Positions 16,129 to 26,314 of a stretch of 33,146 nucleotides of DNA are shown here, piece after piece (positions within the stretch are counted from its first letter, which is position 1; every line of letters begins with the position of its first letter). The position numbers were made by a program, and so were the translations under genes. This stretch comes from Verrucomicrobiaceae bacterium (lineage in GTDB: Bacteria; Verrucomicrobiota; Verrucomicrobiia; Verrucomicrobiales; Akkermansiaceae): positions 1-33,146 of the forward strand of contig JBPOGH010000028.1 of the NCBI GenBank assembly GCA_051252135.1. The letters run 5' to 3'. The notes below the pieces were generated by a model. That model ran no database searches. It had not been told where the DNA came from and saw only the letters and a program-made list of their open reading frames with translations.

Positions 16129-17676
16129 TCACTGGATCGGAGCAAGCAATCGGGCGAAGCGGACGGTGAACCGGAACCACACAGACTTTTCCTCCAACAG
16201 CCCCTTGTCCAGAATCACACTGTTCTCAAAATCCTCTTGCAGCATCTTCACCACCTTCTCCTGAAATACCTCGTCACTCACCCCTACCATCAGTTCGAAG
16301 TTCAATCGCAATGATCGATTGTCAAAGTTCGCACTCCCGATCGCGGTGAAATCATCATCAACGATCACCACCTTCTGGTGCATAAACCCTCTCGTGTAAC
16401 TGTAGATTTCAATCCCCGGGAGATCGAGATCCTCCAGATACGAAAGAGCGGAACGCTCGACAAGCAGGCTGTCATTCTTACTCGGAATCAAAATGCGCAC
16501 ATCGACCCCTCTCTTGGCGGCAAGCTGAAGTGACGTCACCAACGCCTCGTCTGGCACGAAATAGGGCGTCGCAATCCAAATCCTCTTCTTGGCAGCATGA
16601 ATGGCAGCATGGAAAAAAAGAGAGCAGGTCTCCACCTGATCAACAGGACCCGATGCTATACAAACAGCCTGCGAATCCCCCCTCGTCTTCTTGTCGGCAC
16701 GCTCCAGGTTCCAATCCAGATCATGAATCGTCTCCCCCGTGGCCCACTTCCAGTCCTCCAAAAAGGGAATCTGAAGGCAAGGGACCACCGGACCGCTGAT
16801 TCTCATATGACAATCACGCCAAGGGGTAAGCGTAGGGTGCTTCCCCAAATATTCATCTCCCACGTTATGACCACCCACAAAGGCGGTAATTCCATCAACT
16901 ACCACCAACTTCCGGTGATTGCGGTAATTCAGCTGGAATCGATTTAAGTCACCTTCGATATTCATGAACGGCGTCACTTCCGCTCCCGATGACCTCAAAT
17001 CCGTCAAAAATTCCTCTCCAAGGTCAATCGATCCATAATCATCAAAAATGACGTAGACTCTCACTCCTTCCTTCGCCTTCGACATCAGTCGATCCTTCAG
17101 TTCACCTCCAATCCCGTCGGACCGAATAATGTAGAACTGGACCAAAATGTATTTTTTGGCCGAGTCGATGGCCTCAAAAATCGACCGGTAGGTATTTTCA
17201 CCATCCGTCAGCAATTCCGGCCGGTTGTTTGTCGTTACCGGCAATGACGAAATCCGGCCCAGCGTCCCAAGAAGATCATTTTCTTCGTAGTCGCTCGGAG
17301 ATACGGCCTCAACGTCTTCCAACAACTTCTCGGCAAGTGGTCTCAGGGCCTCCACCCCCTTCGATCTCGTCCGAAGGTAATCCTCCATCTCATCCTCGCC
17401 AAATATCAGGTAGGCGGGAACCGCCACCACCGGAACAAAGTTCAATGACAGAATCCACGCAACCGTCCCTTGGGGGGTCCTCGTTTCCGCAATCGCCCCA
17501 AGCGATAGAATGAGACCGGAAACATGCATCACGAGCATGAACACGATCTTGATCGGACCGCGCCTCTTCCTCAAAATTCCAAGGGTCGTTGCCGTCCGGG
17601 GCCAGCGACGGCAAAACGCGATCTGCCACCTACGAAGGAGATCAATAAGACGGCGCAATTTGTACTTCATCATCAT
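16129..17676 (-). CDS. cls: Cardiolipin synthase (PLD family)
   Basis: N-terminal PLDc_N-type TMs; two HKD motifs RNHRKLVVVD and MHQKVVIVD; ATPYFVPD; GSANFDNRS; exact start uncertain. Confidence 0.94.
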   Translation of the reverse strand: MMMKYKLRRLIDLLRRWQIAFCRRWPRTATTLGILRKRRGPIKIVFMLVMHVSGLILSLGAIAETRTPQGTVAWILSLNFVPVVAVPAYLIFGEDEMEDYLRTRSKGVEALRPLAEKLLEDVEAVSPSDYEENDLLGTLGRISSLPVTTNNRPELLTDGENTYRSIFEAIDSAKKYILVQFYIIRSDGIGGELKDRLMSKAKEGVRVYVIFDDYGSIDLGEEFLTDLRSSGAEVTPFMNIEGDLNRFQLNYRNHRKLVVVDGITAFVGGHNVGDEYLGKHPTLTPWRDCHMRISGPVVPCLQIPFLEDWKWATGETIHDLDWNLERADKKTRGDSQAVCIASGPVDQVETCSLFFHAAIHAAKKRIWIATPYFVPDEALVTSLQLAAKRGVDVRILIPSKNDSLLVERSALSYLEDLDLPGIEIYSYTRGFMHQKVVIVDDDFTAIGSANFDNRSLRLNFELMVGVSDEVFQEKVVKMLQEDFENSVILDKGLLEEKSVWFRFTVRFARLLAPIQ

Positions 17677-17679
17677 TCG

Positions 17680-17713
17680 AAAAAAAGAGAGGTGGGATGA
17701 AATCCCACCTCTC
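17680..17713 (-). terminator. Intrinsic terminator
   Basis: Minus strand GAGAGGTGGGAT-TTC-ATCCCACCTCTC then T7. Confidence 0.88.
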
Positions 17714-17852
17714 AGGTTTTGGGGGAAGAAATCTATCTGGACACCAATTGTGACCCGCTAAACTTCTTGATGCCCCTAGCAATGGACTGTTGCCCGGAGC
17801 CGGTCAGGAAAGTTTTCCCTGTGGCCACGAACGCCCATCCCTGGTGGCAAAT

Positions 17853-18104
17853 CTATTCATTGTCTTCTTCCTCGGGAAGATCGACATCAACGGTGGGCAC
17901 TTCGACCTCAACCGTCTTGGTCCCGGTCTTAACTTCGGGACCCTCAACTTCGTACTCGGGGAGCTTTCCGGCATCGCCCTTCACATCAACTTCAACTTCG
18001 GGAAGCTCTCCCTCGGCGGTCTTGTCGACATCACATGAAGAAAGGAAAAAAGCAGCGGCGAAGGCTCCGGCGGCACTGGTCATCTTGATTAAGCGTGTTT
18101 TCAT
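17853..18104 (-). CDS. Small acidic lipoprotein
   Basis: Lipobox LSSC; repeated GELPEVEV / GKLPEYEV; GGAGGTG just upstream; 83 aa. Confidence 0.85.
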   Translation of the reverse strand: MKTRLIKMTSAAGAFAAAFFLSSCDVDKTAEGELPEVEVDVKGDAGKLPEYEVEGPEVKTGTKTVEVEVPTVDVDLPEEEDNE

Positions 18105-18118
18105 AACACCTCCCCTAT

Positions 18119-18134
18119 TGCAACATCCGCGCCA
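18119..18134 (-). promoter_or_regulatory. Sigma54 (-24/-12) promoter
   Basis: TGGCGCGGATGTTGCA matches TGGCACG-N4-TTGCW with GG-N10-GC spacing. Confidence 0.7.
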
Positions 18135-18283
18135 TCAGGCAAGCACCTCAAAAAACCCCGTAGAACAAGGGATTACCGGTCTATTCACCCGAATTTGCTC
18201 GATGAAACCATCCGGAAATCAAGCATAATGCTCGACCCGCCCTCCTGCTGATTGCAAATCGCACCCTTCGCTCGTCCCCCCAC

Positions 18284-18316
18284 AAAAAACCCCGAATGGA
18301 AATCCACTCGAGGTTC
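18284..18316 (-). terminator. Intrinsic terminator of ftsH-trxB
   Basis: Minus strand AACCTCGAGTGG-ATTT-CCATTCGGGGTT then TTTT. Confidence 0.8.
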
Positions 18317-18339
18317 ATTGAGTTGGGTTACCTCGACTC

Positions 18340-19269
18340 TTACTCGCCCTCCGCCAAATAGCGCTCGGCTTCAATCGCAGCAGCGCACCCCTGACCTGCC
18401 GCAGTAATGGCCTGACGATAAACATGGTCAGCCACATCACCTGCCGCAAAAATCCCCTCGGTCTTGGTTCCGGTGCTGTGTGGATTTTGAAGGATATATC
18501 CCCCATCGTCCAAATCGACCAGATCGCCGACAAACTGACTGTTGGGCACGTGCCCGATCGCCACGAAAACACACTTGAGCTCCAACTCCGATTTTTCACC
18601 GGTCTTGAGATTTTCCAGCATAATGGCCCGGACTTCACCCGCATCATCGGTCAAATATTCGGTAACCCCTGAATCCCAAATCGGCTCAACCTTCTCATTG
18701 GCCAACACACGGTCAGCCATAATCTTGGAAGCCCTGAGTTCGTCACGACGGTGAATGAGGTAAACTTTCGAGGCAAACCGGGTAAGGAAGTTGGCTTCCT
18801 CACAGGCCGAATCACCACCACCCACGACTGCCACTGGCACGTCACGGTAAAATGCTCCGTCACAAGTCGCGCACGAGGTCACCCCGTGTCCCACGAGACT
18901 CATCTCATTCTCCAGACCCAAATAACGGGGAGCCGCACCCGTCGCAATGATGATCGTCTTGGACTGAATCTCCTCCTTGCCATCTGTGGTCAAAGTGAAT
19001 GTTCCATCGTCATTCTTGGCGATCGCATCCACTTTCTTGTATTCCACCCGGGCGCCAAATTTTTCTGCCTGCTGCTGCATGCGCGACATCAATTCCGGCC
19101 CCATCACTCCCTCGGGAAAACCCGGAAAGTTCTCCACCTCTGTCGTGGTGGTCAGCTGCCCGCCCAACTGCGTTCCGGAAAGAACCAGAGGAGTCAGGTT
19201 AGCGCGGGCTGTATAAATTGCGGAAGTCCAACCGGCGCACCCGGTTCCGATAATTACAACGTTTTCCAT
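18340..19269 (-). CDS. trxB: Thioredoxin-disulfide reductase
   Basis: Start MENVVIIG; EVENFPGF, active-site CATCDG, GGGDSA.EEA, IHRR, AAGDV..YRQAITAAG. Confidence 0.97.
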   Translation of the reverse strand: MENVVIIGTGCAGWTSAIYTARANLTPLVLSGTQLGGQLTTTTEVENFPGFPEGVMGPELMSRMQQQAEKFGARVEYKKVDAIAKNDDGTFTLTTDGKEEIQSKTIIIATGAAPRYLGLENEMSLVGHGVTSCATCDGAFYRDVPVAVVGGGDSACEEANFLTRFASKVYLIHRRDELRASKIMADRVLANEKVEPIWDSGVTEYLTDDAGEVRAIMLENLKTGEKSELELKCVFVAIGHVPNSQFVGDLVDLDDGGYILQNPHSTGTKTEGIFAAGDVADHVYRQAITAAGQGCAAAIEAERYLAEGE

Positions 19270-19317
19270 AATGTTTTGAGAGGAATCTTCCCAAGGAATT
19301 CCCAAAATGTTCAGCAA

Positions 19318-21663
19318 TTACGCCGGAGCTCCCACCACTTCGGGAGGCAAGGTTCCGTCGTTATCCTCATTCTCCTCTTTCGCCGTAGGAGCCGACTCCT
19401 TCTTCTCAAGATCCGATGGAATCTCAGGGGGCTCGGGGCGGGTCGGTGGATCCTTCATTTCGCCATGCGCAATAAGGTCCTGGATATGCTTCGCATCAAG
19501 GGTTTCAAACTCCATCAAAGCCTGTGCGATCAGCTCAAGCAAATCTCTCCGCTCACCCAGCAATTGCTGCGCCTTGGCATAAGCCTCATCGATGAAGCGC
19601 TTAATCTCGGCATCAATCTGCTGCGCGGTCGCCTCGGAATAATTCTTCGACTGGCTCATCATATCGCGAGCAAGGAAACCTCCCCCTTCGCCGCCGCCAT
19701 ACTCGATCATGCCCATCTTCTCGCTCATGCCCCACTCGCACACCATTCGACGCGCGAGGCTCGTTGCCATGTGGATATCGCCACTGGCGCCACTGGCCAC
19801 ATCATCAAGCATCACCTCTTCGGCAACGCGACCACCCATCAGGACCACAAGCTGATCCAGCATCTCCTTGCGGTGATAGCTGAATTTGTCGCCCTCAGGG
19901 AGGAACATCGTCGATCCCAGGGAAGGGCCGCGCGGAATAATCGTGACCTTGTGAAGGGGGTCGGTGTGATCCAACACTTCATTGAGAATTGCATGACCCG
20001 CTTCGTGATAAGCCGTCTTCAGCTTGTCCTCCTCACTCAGAGCAAGACTTCTGCGCTCCCGACCCCAACGCACCTTGTCACGGGCTTCTTCCATCTCAAC
20101 CAAGGTCACCGCCTTGATCCCTTTCCGGGCCGCAAGGAGAGCTGCTTCATTGATCAGATTGGCCAGTTCCGCACCGGAAAAACCGGGCGTCCCCTTGGCA
20201 ATCACACCCAAATCCACTTTCGCCGCCAACTTGATCTTCTTGGCATGCACTTCCAGAATCTGCTTCCGCCCGTTCACATCCGGAAGTGACACCGTCACCT
20301 GACGATCAAAACGACCGGGACGAAGCAGCGCCGGATCAAGAACATCGGGACGGTTTGTCGCTGCGATGATGATCACCCCCTCCTGGGTATCAAATCCATC
20401 CATTTCCACCAAAAGCGCATTCAGCGTTTGCTCACGCTCATCATGTCCGCCGCCCATGCCGTGTCCACGATGACGACCAACAGCATCGATCTCATCAATA
20501 AACACCAAACAGGGAGCATGCTTCTTCCCTTGCTCAAACATGTCACGGACCCGGCTTGCGCCAACCCCCACGAACATTTCCACAAAGTCGGAACCACTGA
20601 TCGAAAAGAAAGGCACATCAGCTTCTCCCGCAATCGCCCGGGCCAACAAGGTCTTACCCGTTCCCGGAGGGCCCACCATCAGCACGCCCTTGGGGATCGT
20701 TCCTCCAAGTGACTGGAATTTACGGGGATCACGAAGGAAATCCACAATCTCAAAGAGCTCCTCCTTCGCTTCCTGAATGCCGGCCACATCCTTAAAAGTG
20801 ACCTTCGCTTGATCCATGTTAAGCAACTTGGCTTTCGATTTTCCGAAGCTCATCGCTCCGCGTCCAGCCGACTTCATCTGATGACGGAACAGGAAGAAAA
20901 TCAGCGCAATCAGCAAAAGGACGGGAAGGAAACTGAACATCACTTTCCCAAAAGTATTGTCATCACGCCGGGGCTTCACATTGGAACCAACCAAAGTCGC
21001 CAGCTCGTCACGCATGATCAGACTGTCCGTGCGCACCACAAAAAGCTTCGCTCCGAGTTCACGTAACTCTTCGTTCGTGAATCCCACCGGCTGGCCCTTT
21101 GATGCCACCAGAACCGCCTCGCCGGAATCTCCCGATCGGTAAACAGTGATGTTTTCATCGGCTCCGAGGACAATCTTGTTATCGAAAAACAGCTGTTTGA
21201 AGGCCGCATAGCTAATTTCCTCCGCTCCCGCAGTCCCCTCTGCACCCTCTTTCCAAAGAAGCCGCTCACCAAAGGTGTCTTCAATTTCCTCCCCGTGCAC
21301 ATCCAGCTGAATTCTCACCTTCACCTTCTGCTGACCGGACCACTCTTTCACGAGGCGCTCCGTGGGGTGATAGGTCCCTTCCACTTCCGCCCGGGTTTCA
21401 CCGGCGTAGGTCACCAATTCCAGCTTCCCGTCACGAATATCCTCGGCGGCCGTCCTCAGAACCCGGCCTTCCATTAATGCGGTCCGGAATTCCGGGTAGG
21501 TCAGTTTGTCCGTATCTCCCGCACCCCCATACATAAACGCGCCATAAATGACCGCAAACGCGAGCGAAAATAGAATGATGACTTTCCAATTAACGCCACC
21601 TTCAGGGGCACCTTGGGGGGATTTCTGCGAACGGGGACTCTCCGGTGATTGATTATCAGACAT
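19318..21663 (-). CDS. ftsH: ATP-dependent zinc metalloprotease FtsH
   Basis: Start MSDNQ; two TMs; [44 protein letters not shown]. Confidence 0.97.
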   Translation of the reverse strand: MSDNQSPESPRSQKSPQGAPEGGVNWKVIILFSLAFAVIYGAFMYGGAGDTDKLTYPEFRTALMEGRVLRTAAEDIRDGKLELVTYAGETRAEVEGTYHPTERLVKEWSGQQKVKVRIQLDVHGEEIEDTFGERLLWKEGAEGTAGAEEISYAAFKQLFFDNKIVLGADENITVYRSGDSGEAVLVASKGQPVGFTNEELRELGAKLFVVRTDSLIMRDELATLVGSNVKPRRDDNTFGKVMFSFLPVLLLIALIFFLFRHQMKSAGRGAMSFGKSKAKLLNMDQAKVTFKDVAGIQEAKEELFEIVDFLRDPRKFQSLGGTIPKGVLMVGPPGTGKTLLARAIAGEADVPFFSISGSDFVEMFVGVGASRVRDMFEQGKKHAPCLVFIDEIDAVGRHRGHGMGGGHDEREQTLNALLVEMDGFDTQEGVIIIAATNRPDVLDPALLRPGRFDRQVTVSLPDVNGRKQILEVHAKKIKLAAKVDLGVIAKGTPGFSGAELANLINEAALLAARKGIKAVTLVEMEEARDKVRWGRERRSLALSEEDKLKTAYHEAGHAILNEVLDHTDPLHKVTIIPRGPSLGSTMFLPEGDKFSYHRKEMLDQLVVLMGGRVAEEVMLDDVASGASGDIHMATSLARRMVCEWGMSEKMGMIEYGGGEGGGFLARDMMSQSKNYSEATAQQIDAEIKRFIDEAYAKAQQLLGERRDLLELIAQALMEFETLDAKHIQDLIAHGEMKDPPTRPEPPEIPSDLEKKESAPTAKEENEDNDGTLPPEVVGAPA

Positions 21664-21802
21664 GAACCTAAGATGATAGGGGCGCGAGTGTTCCCGCCCT
21701 CTCGGGGGAAAACTAAACGATGTTCTCGAAATGAAAACGCCTTTTTTCCCCGACATTCGCGTCCTTACTTGACCGATCGCCTAATGATACGATTCTCCGG
21801 CC

Positions 21803-22513
21803 ATGAAAATACCCCTTCTCGCCCTTTGCGCGCTTGCCACAGCCCTTCTCCATTCTTGTTCCAGCTCAGCGAAACCCAGCGGTTTCATTGAAAACTCCGA
21901 CCAAATGACCGGAAACGGCGAGGTTCCCTTCCACCGATCCTGGAAATCTCCCAAGGCCGACTTTTCAAAGTATTCCCACGTGATCATCGCCCCCGTAGCC
22001 ACCGATCGCACCAAAGCCCGCGAAATCGCCCTCGAAAAATGGACTTCGGTCGAAACCGACCTCTTGAAACAGGAAGTCGCCGAAAATGCCACTTCTCTTA
22101 AAAACGCCTACATCAACGCCTTCCAAAAGTCCTCCGATAAACAATGGCAGGTCAACCAATCTCCCCCCAAAGGAAAACCAGCCCTCCTCATCGAACTCAA
22201 CCTGGCCGAAATCGCCCCCTCCCAACCCGTCATTCAGGCTGCGGGAATGTATCTCACCGGCGGCGTCCTCATGAACCGCCCCTCCATCGCCATCGAAGGC
22301 CAAATCCGCGACAGCCGCACCAAGGAAGTCCTCGCCACCTTCGCCGACCGCCGCCGCGGAGACCTCGCCGTCCTCAATCTTTCCAAACTCTCCAGCTACA
22401 AAATGCACCGCAACATGATGAAACGCTGGGCAAACGAAACCGTCGATTGGGTGGAACTCTCGGAGGGGCAATCAGTTGCCAAAACAATCCCCCTCAAGCT
22501 GATTACTTGGTAA
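21803..22513 (+). CDS. Lipoprotein, DUF3313-like
   Basis: Lipobox LHSC; PSGFI, Y..VIIAPV, IEGQIRDS.T.EVLA.FADRR, final WA.. Confidence 0.75.
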   Translation: MKIPLLALCALATALLHSCSSSAKPSGFIENSDQMTGNGEVPFHRSWKSPKADFSKYSHVIIAPVATDRTKAREIALEKWTSVETDLLKQEVAENATSLKNAYINAFQKSSDKQWQVNQSPPKGKPALLIELNLAEIAPSQPVIQAAGMYLTGGVLMNRPSIAIEGQIRDSRTKEVLATFADRRRGDLAVLNLSKLSSYKMHRNMMKRWANETVDWVELSEGQSVAKTIPLKLITW

Positions 22514-22524
22514 GAACCCTTCGG

Positions 22525-23835
22525 ATGCGGATCGCTCTCCTTCATTACCATCATCGCACGGGCGGAGTCACCCGCGTCATCGAATCCCAGGCGCGTGCCC
22601 TCACCCTTCTGGGACACGAGGTCATCATCCCTCGCGATATCGATGGGCTTGATTACCTCACCGAGCCTCACCTTTCCGCCGCCCAACTGCGACTCCTCAT
22701 CGAACAGGCCATCGGTGAACCTGCTGATCTTTGGATCATTCACAATCCCACCCTTGGAAAAAACATCCTCTTCCCCGGCCTCATCGCCTCCCTCGCCAAA
22801 TCGGATGTCCCCCTCCTGCTCCAATGCCATGATTTCGCCGAGGATGGACGCCCTTCCAACTACCAGCTTCTCCGCGACCATCAGCTCTACCCCCTTGCAC
22901 CCCACGTTCACTACGCCTTCATCAACCAACGGGATCGTAAATTCCTAATTGATGCGGGCATTCCTGCCGACCGTTGCCACTCCCTCCCCAACGCACTCCC
23001 CGCCACCTCCGCACGGGACACAAATTCCGGCCACCCGCTCGTTTTCTACCCCGTCCGTGGCATCCGACGGAAAAATCTCGGGGAACTTTGCCTCTGGGCA
23101 TCCCACGCCCCTCCCGGCACCCGATTCGCCGTCGCCCGCGCCCCCGAAAACCCGGAATGGCTCCCAGTTCATGACGAATGGCAGAGTTTTGCCGCTGAAC
23201 TCAACCTCCCCATCGATTTCGACGTCGTCGACTCTCCGGAATCCTTCGATGAGTGGCTCGGGCGCGCCAGCCACATCGCTACCACCTCCATTGCCGAAGG
23301 CTTTGGACTCACCTTCCTCGAGCCCCACCTCCTTCGGAAGCCGCTCCTCGGCCGCGACCTTCCTGAAATCACCAGTGACTTCAAGGAACAGGGCCTCAAC
23401 CTCGGCCACACCTATTCGCGAATTCCCGTCCCGTTCCACCTTCTCGATCTCGAGGAAGTGCGAAACTCCTACCTCGAAACCGTCTCCCGTACCTATCAGG
23501 CCTACGGACGCCCTGCCGAACCCAACCGATGGTGGGATCGACTCGTCGAAAAAGGACACCTCGACTTCGGCAACCTCCCCGAAGAACATCAGCGCCACCT
23601 CATCCGGAATCATCACCTGCCGGATTTCGCCGCCTGGCTGAAAAATGCCCTCAACGAAACCTCCCCCGTTCCCCAAAATCTCGCAAGCTGGTCGGAAGAA
23701 TCCTATCGCAACACCCTCTCCACCATCATCCAAACCGTATCCCAATCTCCTCCCGGACCAGTCTCTTTTCTTCCCAAGGAACACGTCCTCGACCGATTCC
23801 TCTCCCCCGAACGCTTCCACTTTCTTCGCGCCTGA
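22525..23835 (+). CDS. GT-B (family 4-like) glycosyltransferase
   Basis: Start MRIALLHYH..GGVTRVI; HDFAEDGR; YPVRGIRRKN; TSIAEGFGLTFLE (EX7E motif). Confidence 0.88.
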   Translation: MRIALLHYHHRTGGVTRVIESQARALTLLGHEVIIPRDIDGLDYLTEPHLSAAQLRLLIEQAIGEPADLWIIHNPTLGKNILFPGLIASLAKSDVPLLLQCHDFAEDGRPSNYQLLRDHQLYPLAPHVHYAFINQRDRKFLIDAGIPADRCHSLPNALPATSARDTNSGHPLVFYPVRGIRRKNLGELCLWASHAPPGTRFAVARAPENPEWLPVHDEWQSFAAELNLPIDFDVVDSPESFDEWLGRASHIATTSIAEGFGLTFLEPHLLRKPLLGRDLPEITSDFKEQGLNLGHTYSRIPVPFHLLDLEEVRNSYLETVSRTYQAYGRPAEPNRWWDRLVEKGHLDFGNLPEEHQRHLIRNHHLPDFAAWLKNALNETSPVPQNLASWSEESYRNTLSTIIQTVSQSPPGPVSFLPKEHVLDRFLSPERFHFLRA

Positions 23836-23838
23836 ACC

Positions 23839-24636
23839 ATGTCCTCCCTCATCGATCACATCACCCGGCAATCCAACCCACTTCAGGCCATCCCTACCGG
23901 GATATCTCCCTCCCTCCCCCAAATCGACGGCGTCCGCTTCCTCGCCTGGGACATTTACGGCACCCTCCTCATCTCCGGAGCAGAGGAAATGCCGGACCTC
24001 CCCGCACGGGAAAAAACCCTCCGGAGCCTCCTCACCGATTACCCTTCACTTCCTCCCTTCTCTCTCATCACCCACTTTGAAAACCTCATCGCCAAGGAAC
24101 ACGCTCGCATGAGAAAGGGCGGCATCGATTTCCCCGAAGTCCGCATCAATGAAATTTGGGAGCAATTTTTTGACTCCCTCTCCCTGGAGCGCCCCTATCC
24201 AATCGATGAGTTCGCTCTCCACTTCGAGCTCGCCACCAATCCAATCTGGCCCATGCCCGGTGCAGCGGAAGCCTTGTCACACCCCGCCACCATCGGCGTC
24301 GTCTCCAACTCCCAATTCTACACCCCGCTCACCCTGGAGGCCTTCAACCTCCCCCTTCCCCAAAAATCCTTCTTTTCCCGCGACTACCGCCAGGCAAAAC
24401 CCGGCCGCTTCCTCTTCGATGAACTCTCCCACCACGGGGTTACCCCCCGGGAAACCCTCTACATCGGAAATGACCGCCTCAGCGATATCGCCCCGGCCCA
24501 CCAGGCCGGCTTCCGCACCGCCCTCTTCGCCGGTGATGCCCGTTCTTACCGACCCCGCCCGGATCGCCGGGACCTCCCTCTCCCCGATGCCATCATCACT
24601 TCGCTCGACCAGGCCTTCCAGCTCATCACCGAATGA
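23839..24636 (+). CDS. HAD-superfamily hydrolase (subfamily IA)
   Basis: WDIYGTL, VSNS, AKP, YIGND..SDI.PA..AG. Confidence 0.92.
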   Translation: MSSLIDHITRQSNPLQAIPTGISPSLPQIDGVRFLAWDIYGTLLISGAEEMPDLPAREKTLRSLLTDYPSLPPFSLITHFENLIAKEHARMRKGGIDFPEVRINEIWEQFFDSLSLERPYPIDEFALHFELATNPIWPMPGAAEALSHPATIGVVSNSQFYTPLTLEAFNLPLPQKSFFSRDYRQAKPGRFLFDELSHHGVTPRETLYIGNDRLSDIAPAHQAGFRTALFAGDARSYRPRPDRRDLPLPDAIITSLDQAFQLITE

Positions 24637-24694
24637 GAACTGGAATAATGGCAGAATTGGGGCAACCTTTGGTAAACCTTAGGGTTTAACTCTC

Positions 24695-26314
24695 ATGCGT
24701 CGCGAATACCTCCTGCTCACCATCACCCTCGTCCTCTGCACCCTTGCAGGATGGTGGCTCACTCGCGACGCAGTCGAACCATCCGACACCGAAACCGGAG
24801 CCATCGCCTCCCGGGCCAAAAACAACCCGCCGCCCATCATCCAAAGCCGGGCCAAAAAACTCACCGAACGATTAAAAGGGGATCGCTCCAGCTCTCTCGA
24901 GGATCTCATCGCCATCAAAGGCGAACGCCTCGTCCGCTTCGCCACCGATGAAGCCTACCAGAACGCCCTCCGTCGCCTCGATGGCAGCGGCTTCACACTC
25001 CTCGGTCAAATCGACCGCTTCCGCGTCCTCCGCCTCGGCGTCACTGACCTCGACGCCCTCCGCGACTGGCTCGGCGACGAGGGCGAAGACGCTCCCAACT
25101 ACCTCGTCTCACTCCCCATCGTCCCCGATCCCGAAGCCTCCGATGGCGGAGTCTCCTTCGGAACCAGCTCATTCGATTTCCTGAACCTCACCGGAGACAA
25201 CTCCACTTGGGGCGAAGGAGTCAAAGTCGCCATCATCGATACCGGAGTCGACTCACACCTCACCCTCGGTGACCGGGTACAGCGGATCGACATCGCCTCC
25301 CTCGGAGAGGGTGCGGAGCAGCATGGCCATGGCACCGCCGTCGCATCCGTCATCGGTGGAGAAGACAGCCGCCTCCCCGGCATCGCCCCCGCCTCTCCCC
25401 TCCTCAGCATCCGCGTCGCCGATGAAACCGGAAACTCCAACTCCTTCCTCCTCGCAGAGGGCATCATCGCCGCTGTCGAAAACGGAGCCCCTATCATCAA
25501 TATCTCCATGGGCTCCTATGGCGACAGTTCCATTGTCCGCGACGCCATCAAATACGCCCAAGAATCCGGTGCCGCCGTCGTCGTCTCTGTCGGAAACGAA
25601 GGCTTCGACTTCCCCGCCTACCCCGCCGGGTATGAAGGCGTTATCTCCGTCGGTGCCATCGATGCCACCGGTGCCTACATGAGCTTCTCCAACCAAAGCA
25701 ACACCCTCTCCCTCACCGCCCCCGGCGTCGGTGTCCTCGCCGCTTGGCCCGGTGATCGTGCCATCAACTTCAGCGGAACCTCCGCCAGCGCTCCCTTCGT
25801 TAGTGGAACCCTCGCCGCCATCATCTCGGAAAGCCCTTACCAACTCAACGGAGCCCAGGCCGCCCAAATCCTCCTCAATTACACCAACGACGCCGGCTAC
25901 CCGGGATACGACACCCAATACGGAAACGGCTACCTCGATGTCGGCCGCATCATGCAACGCGACACCGCCGGCATTCAGGATATCGCCATCGCCTCCCACT
26001 ACTACGAAACCGGAAACAGCCCTTACGGCACCGGCCTCCAAATCAGCGTCGAAAACCGCGGCACCGAATCCCTCTTCAACAGCCAGCTCAATGTCAGCAT
26101 CGCCGGCAACAACTACCCCCTGAACATCCCCTCCCTCTCGCCCAACCAACGCGAGGTCATCACCATCCCCGCCGGTTACAACACCATCCAAAGCACCGGT
26201 CAACTTTCCGTAAGCAGCAGCGTCAACCTCAGCAACGGCGGCACTGACGCCCTTCCCCGCAACAATCAACGGGCTGAAATCCTCACCCTCCCATCATCAG
26301 GCAATGGTCCTTAG
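24695..26314 (+). CDS. Membrane-anchored S8 subtilisin-like serine protease with a C-terminal Ig/CARDB-like domain
   Basis: Triad IIDTG / HGHGT / GTSAS, oxyanion VGNEG, N-terminal TM, ISVENRGT. Confidence 0.92.
   Translation: MRREYLLLTITLVLCTLAGWWLTRDAVEPSDTETGAIASRAKNNPPPIIQSRAKKLTERLKGDRSSSLEDLIAIKGERLVRFATDEAYQNALRRLDGSGFTLLGQIDRFRVLRLGVTDLDALRDWLGDEGEDAPNYLVSLPIVPDPEASDGGVSFGTSSFDFLNLTGDNSTWGEGVKVAIIDTGVDSHLTLGDRVQRIDIASLGEGAEQHGHGTAVASVIGGEDSRLPGIAPASPLLSIRVADETGNSNSFLLAEGIIAAVENGAPIINISMGSYGDSSIVRDAIKYAQESGAAVVVSVGNEGFDFPAYPAGYEGVISVGAIDATGAYMSFSNQSNTLSLTAPGVGVLAAWPGDRAINFSGTSASAPFVSGTLAAIISESPYQLNGAQAAQILLNYTNDAGYPGYDTQYGNGYLDVGRIMQRDTAGIQDIAIASHYYETGNSPYGTGLQISVENRGTESLFNSQLNVSIAGNNYPLNIPSLSPNQREVITIPAGYNTIQSTGQLSVSSSVNLSNGGTDALPRNNQRAEILTLPSSGNGP

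Noticed and set aside
5447..19269. A single redox island (peroxidase, SelL-like, TlpA-like, AKR, trxB)
   Set aside because: The genes are in separate transcription units interleaved with unrelated housekeeping genes, and no shared motif was found.
18751..20289. 512-aa plus-strand ORF
   Set aside because: Antisense shadow of ftsH and trxB with no motifs; long shadows are expected from the biased codon usage.
22144..22524. Long N-terminal extensions in the ORF track (GT from 22144, tatD from 11381, fabH from 8233, ftsH from 21756, AKR from 16145)
   Set aside because: They overlap neighbouring genes or promoters, and family motifs start at the downstream ATGs used above.
23833..23880. Selenocysteine read-through of the GT TGA into the HAD gene
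   Set aside because: The downstream sequence is C-rich with no SECIS-like hairpin, and the position is a linker, not a redox site. No other TGA in the window sits in a Cys-homologous motif that I could see.
24649..24664. TGGCAGAATTGGGGCA as a sigma54 promoter for the S8 gene
   Set aside because: GG-N10-GC spacing is right but the TT before GC is missing; too weak.
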